Shown here one piece after another: positions 62,601 through 64,000 of a DNA stretch of 64,000 nt (its first letter is position 1; each line of letters starts with the position of its first letter). This DNA comes from Isurus oxyrinchus. Taxonomy: Eukaryota. The stretch is taken from the NCBI GenBank assembly GCA_026770705.1, contig JANJGN010000005.1:137516001-137580000 (forward strand), in the 5' to 3' direction. A model generated the notes under the pieces. The model saw nothing but the letters and a program-made list of their open reading frames with translations, was not told the origin of the DNA and did not search any database. Made by a program: the position numbers and the translations under genes.

Positions 62601-64000
62601 ACCTTTACACTTTTGCTGGCCCTCACTTTCATAATATGCTAAATCTCCAGGATTAAAGCTTATCTCTGAAGGTCTTCTATAGTGTTGTGAAGCATGCCAA
62701 ATTTTCCCTGAGACTTCTGCTTTGATGAATGAACTTCTCTCTGCATGTAGGGAATTCAAGTGCGTAAAAAAGGCCGGAATATGATCACACAGTACAGAAG
62801 GTATTTTTGGATTCTGTCCATAGACCAACTGATACAGACCTAAACTCCCAAATGTTTGAAGTGAATTCTTTGCATGGACTGCCCACACCTGATGTTAGCT
62901 TGCAATTTGATTGACTAAAATCTTATGGAGCATCTCACCAAACATGGCATGATTTCTTTCATAGAGTCCATTGCTGAAAGGATTTTCAGCTCTGGTGGTC
63001 ATAACTACAATGTTCATATTTCCTCACACATTTCTAAAGTCGTCACTTGCAAATACTAACCGCTCCCTAACCCCACCACCCCAAATGATGGTCAGTCAGG
63101 AATTTAGCTGGTTCCCAGTCCGCAACGTATCCATGTTTCCATGATCTTAATCATGTAATATGTAGAAAGACTGAACCTTGTTACCATGTTTATGAAATTC
63201 AAAATGATCATGTTTCATTCTTTGTCCCACATCTTTAAATCCATTACTGCTACTACTCATGCTAATGGGAGACTTATAAAAAGCCATGATGGTATCCTCT
63301 GATACTTTTTGCATATATCACATTTTTCACCAAGCTTCATATGCTCGTTATCAGCTACCTCTGCATCCTTTAGTAGGATTGTTAATCTGTGTCGAGGGAT
63401 GAACAAATTGTCACAAACTTTAAAACAAATTGTTTTTCTCTCAAACTCCTATCATTTGATGCCATTAACACTTTAACATTCTGATTAGAGGTCTAGGTTT
63501 TATTAAAGGGATGCAATAATGTCCTGATGGGGTAAATTGTATATCTACTGACTTTCCAAAGACAATTGCTTTATCATAGTTCCTGTCCAATTTCATTTAT
63601 ACCTTTTTCATGGAAGGCTTGCTCAGCAGCAAGGGTACCTTATTAGGTACCACATCTGCACTAATAAAGTTAAAAACAAAAAACTGCGGATGCTGGAAAT
63701 CCAAAACAAAAACAGAATTACCTGGAAAAACTCAGCAGGTCTGGCAGCATCGGCGGAAAAGAAAAGAGTTGATGTTTCGAGTCCTCATGACCCTTCAGCA
63801 GAACAGTTCTGTTGAAGGGTCATGAGGACTCGAAACATCAACTCTTCTCCGCCGATGCTGCCAGACCTGCTGAGTTTTTCCAGGTAATTCTGTTTTTGTT
63901 TTGCACTAATAAAGTGTTCACTCTATGTACTCTGCATGGAATCACCACTGTTTTCAGTGACCTTAATGTGTTGTCATACCCGAAGCTGAAGCAAGTAGAA
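59609..64000 (-). mobile_element. Ty1/Copia (GalEa-like) LTR retrotransposon remnant: PR-IN-RT-RH and probable 3' LTR (59609-60417)
   Basis: Minus-strand order: DVVPNKVPLLLSKPSMKK/SGHYCIPL (PR), WAVHAKNSLQ..YQLVYGQNPKIP (IN), KKELNSWKEFGVY (RT) and IKWADANHQLLDCFTK (RNase H). A purine tract aaagagggga precedes the putative LTR, which ends in ...TTACA. Confidence 0.8.
63671..63901. mobile_element. Young palindromic PLE family A pLTR pair with 14 bp TSD, inserted in the Copia protease region
   Basis: Inverted arms centred near 63803. tgcactaataaagt at 63657-63670 and 63902-63915. Each arm carries a hammerhead-like motif (CTGTTGA and CTGCTGA cores). Confidence 0.92.

Overview
Eukaryotic, repeat-dense DNA. 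The CR1, Penelope and Deu-SINE repeat content points to a cartilaginous fish (shark); this is an inference. One host gene is supported: five spliced + strand exons (22587-22726, 42609-42867, 46938-47230, 47325-47535, 57819-58069) with canonical AG/GT sites and matching phases. They encode about 384 aa of a divergent BEND5-like protein (coiled coil plus BEN domain); its first coding exon was not found in the window. Most of the rest is nested transposon debris: CR1, Vingi-like, RTE and L2 LINEs, SINEs, a Tigger-like MITE and a Ty1/Copia (GalEa-like) remnant. Two Penelope-like element (PLE) families carry minimal hammerhead-ribozyme motifs in their pseudo-LTRs and insert as inverted or palindromic units with 8-14 bp target-site duplications (TSDs). 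The most unusual signal is a pair of oppositely oriented arrays (12629-13341 and 28819-30073) of a tRNA-Thr(UGU)-headed, tail-less small element. It ends in a predicted three-way RNA junction and is concatenated with reiterated short flank sequences and unique spacers. A LINE carrying a tRNA-derived Pol III head and its SINE-sized derivative also co-occur. Family names come from recalled motifs, not database searches.
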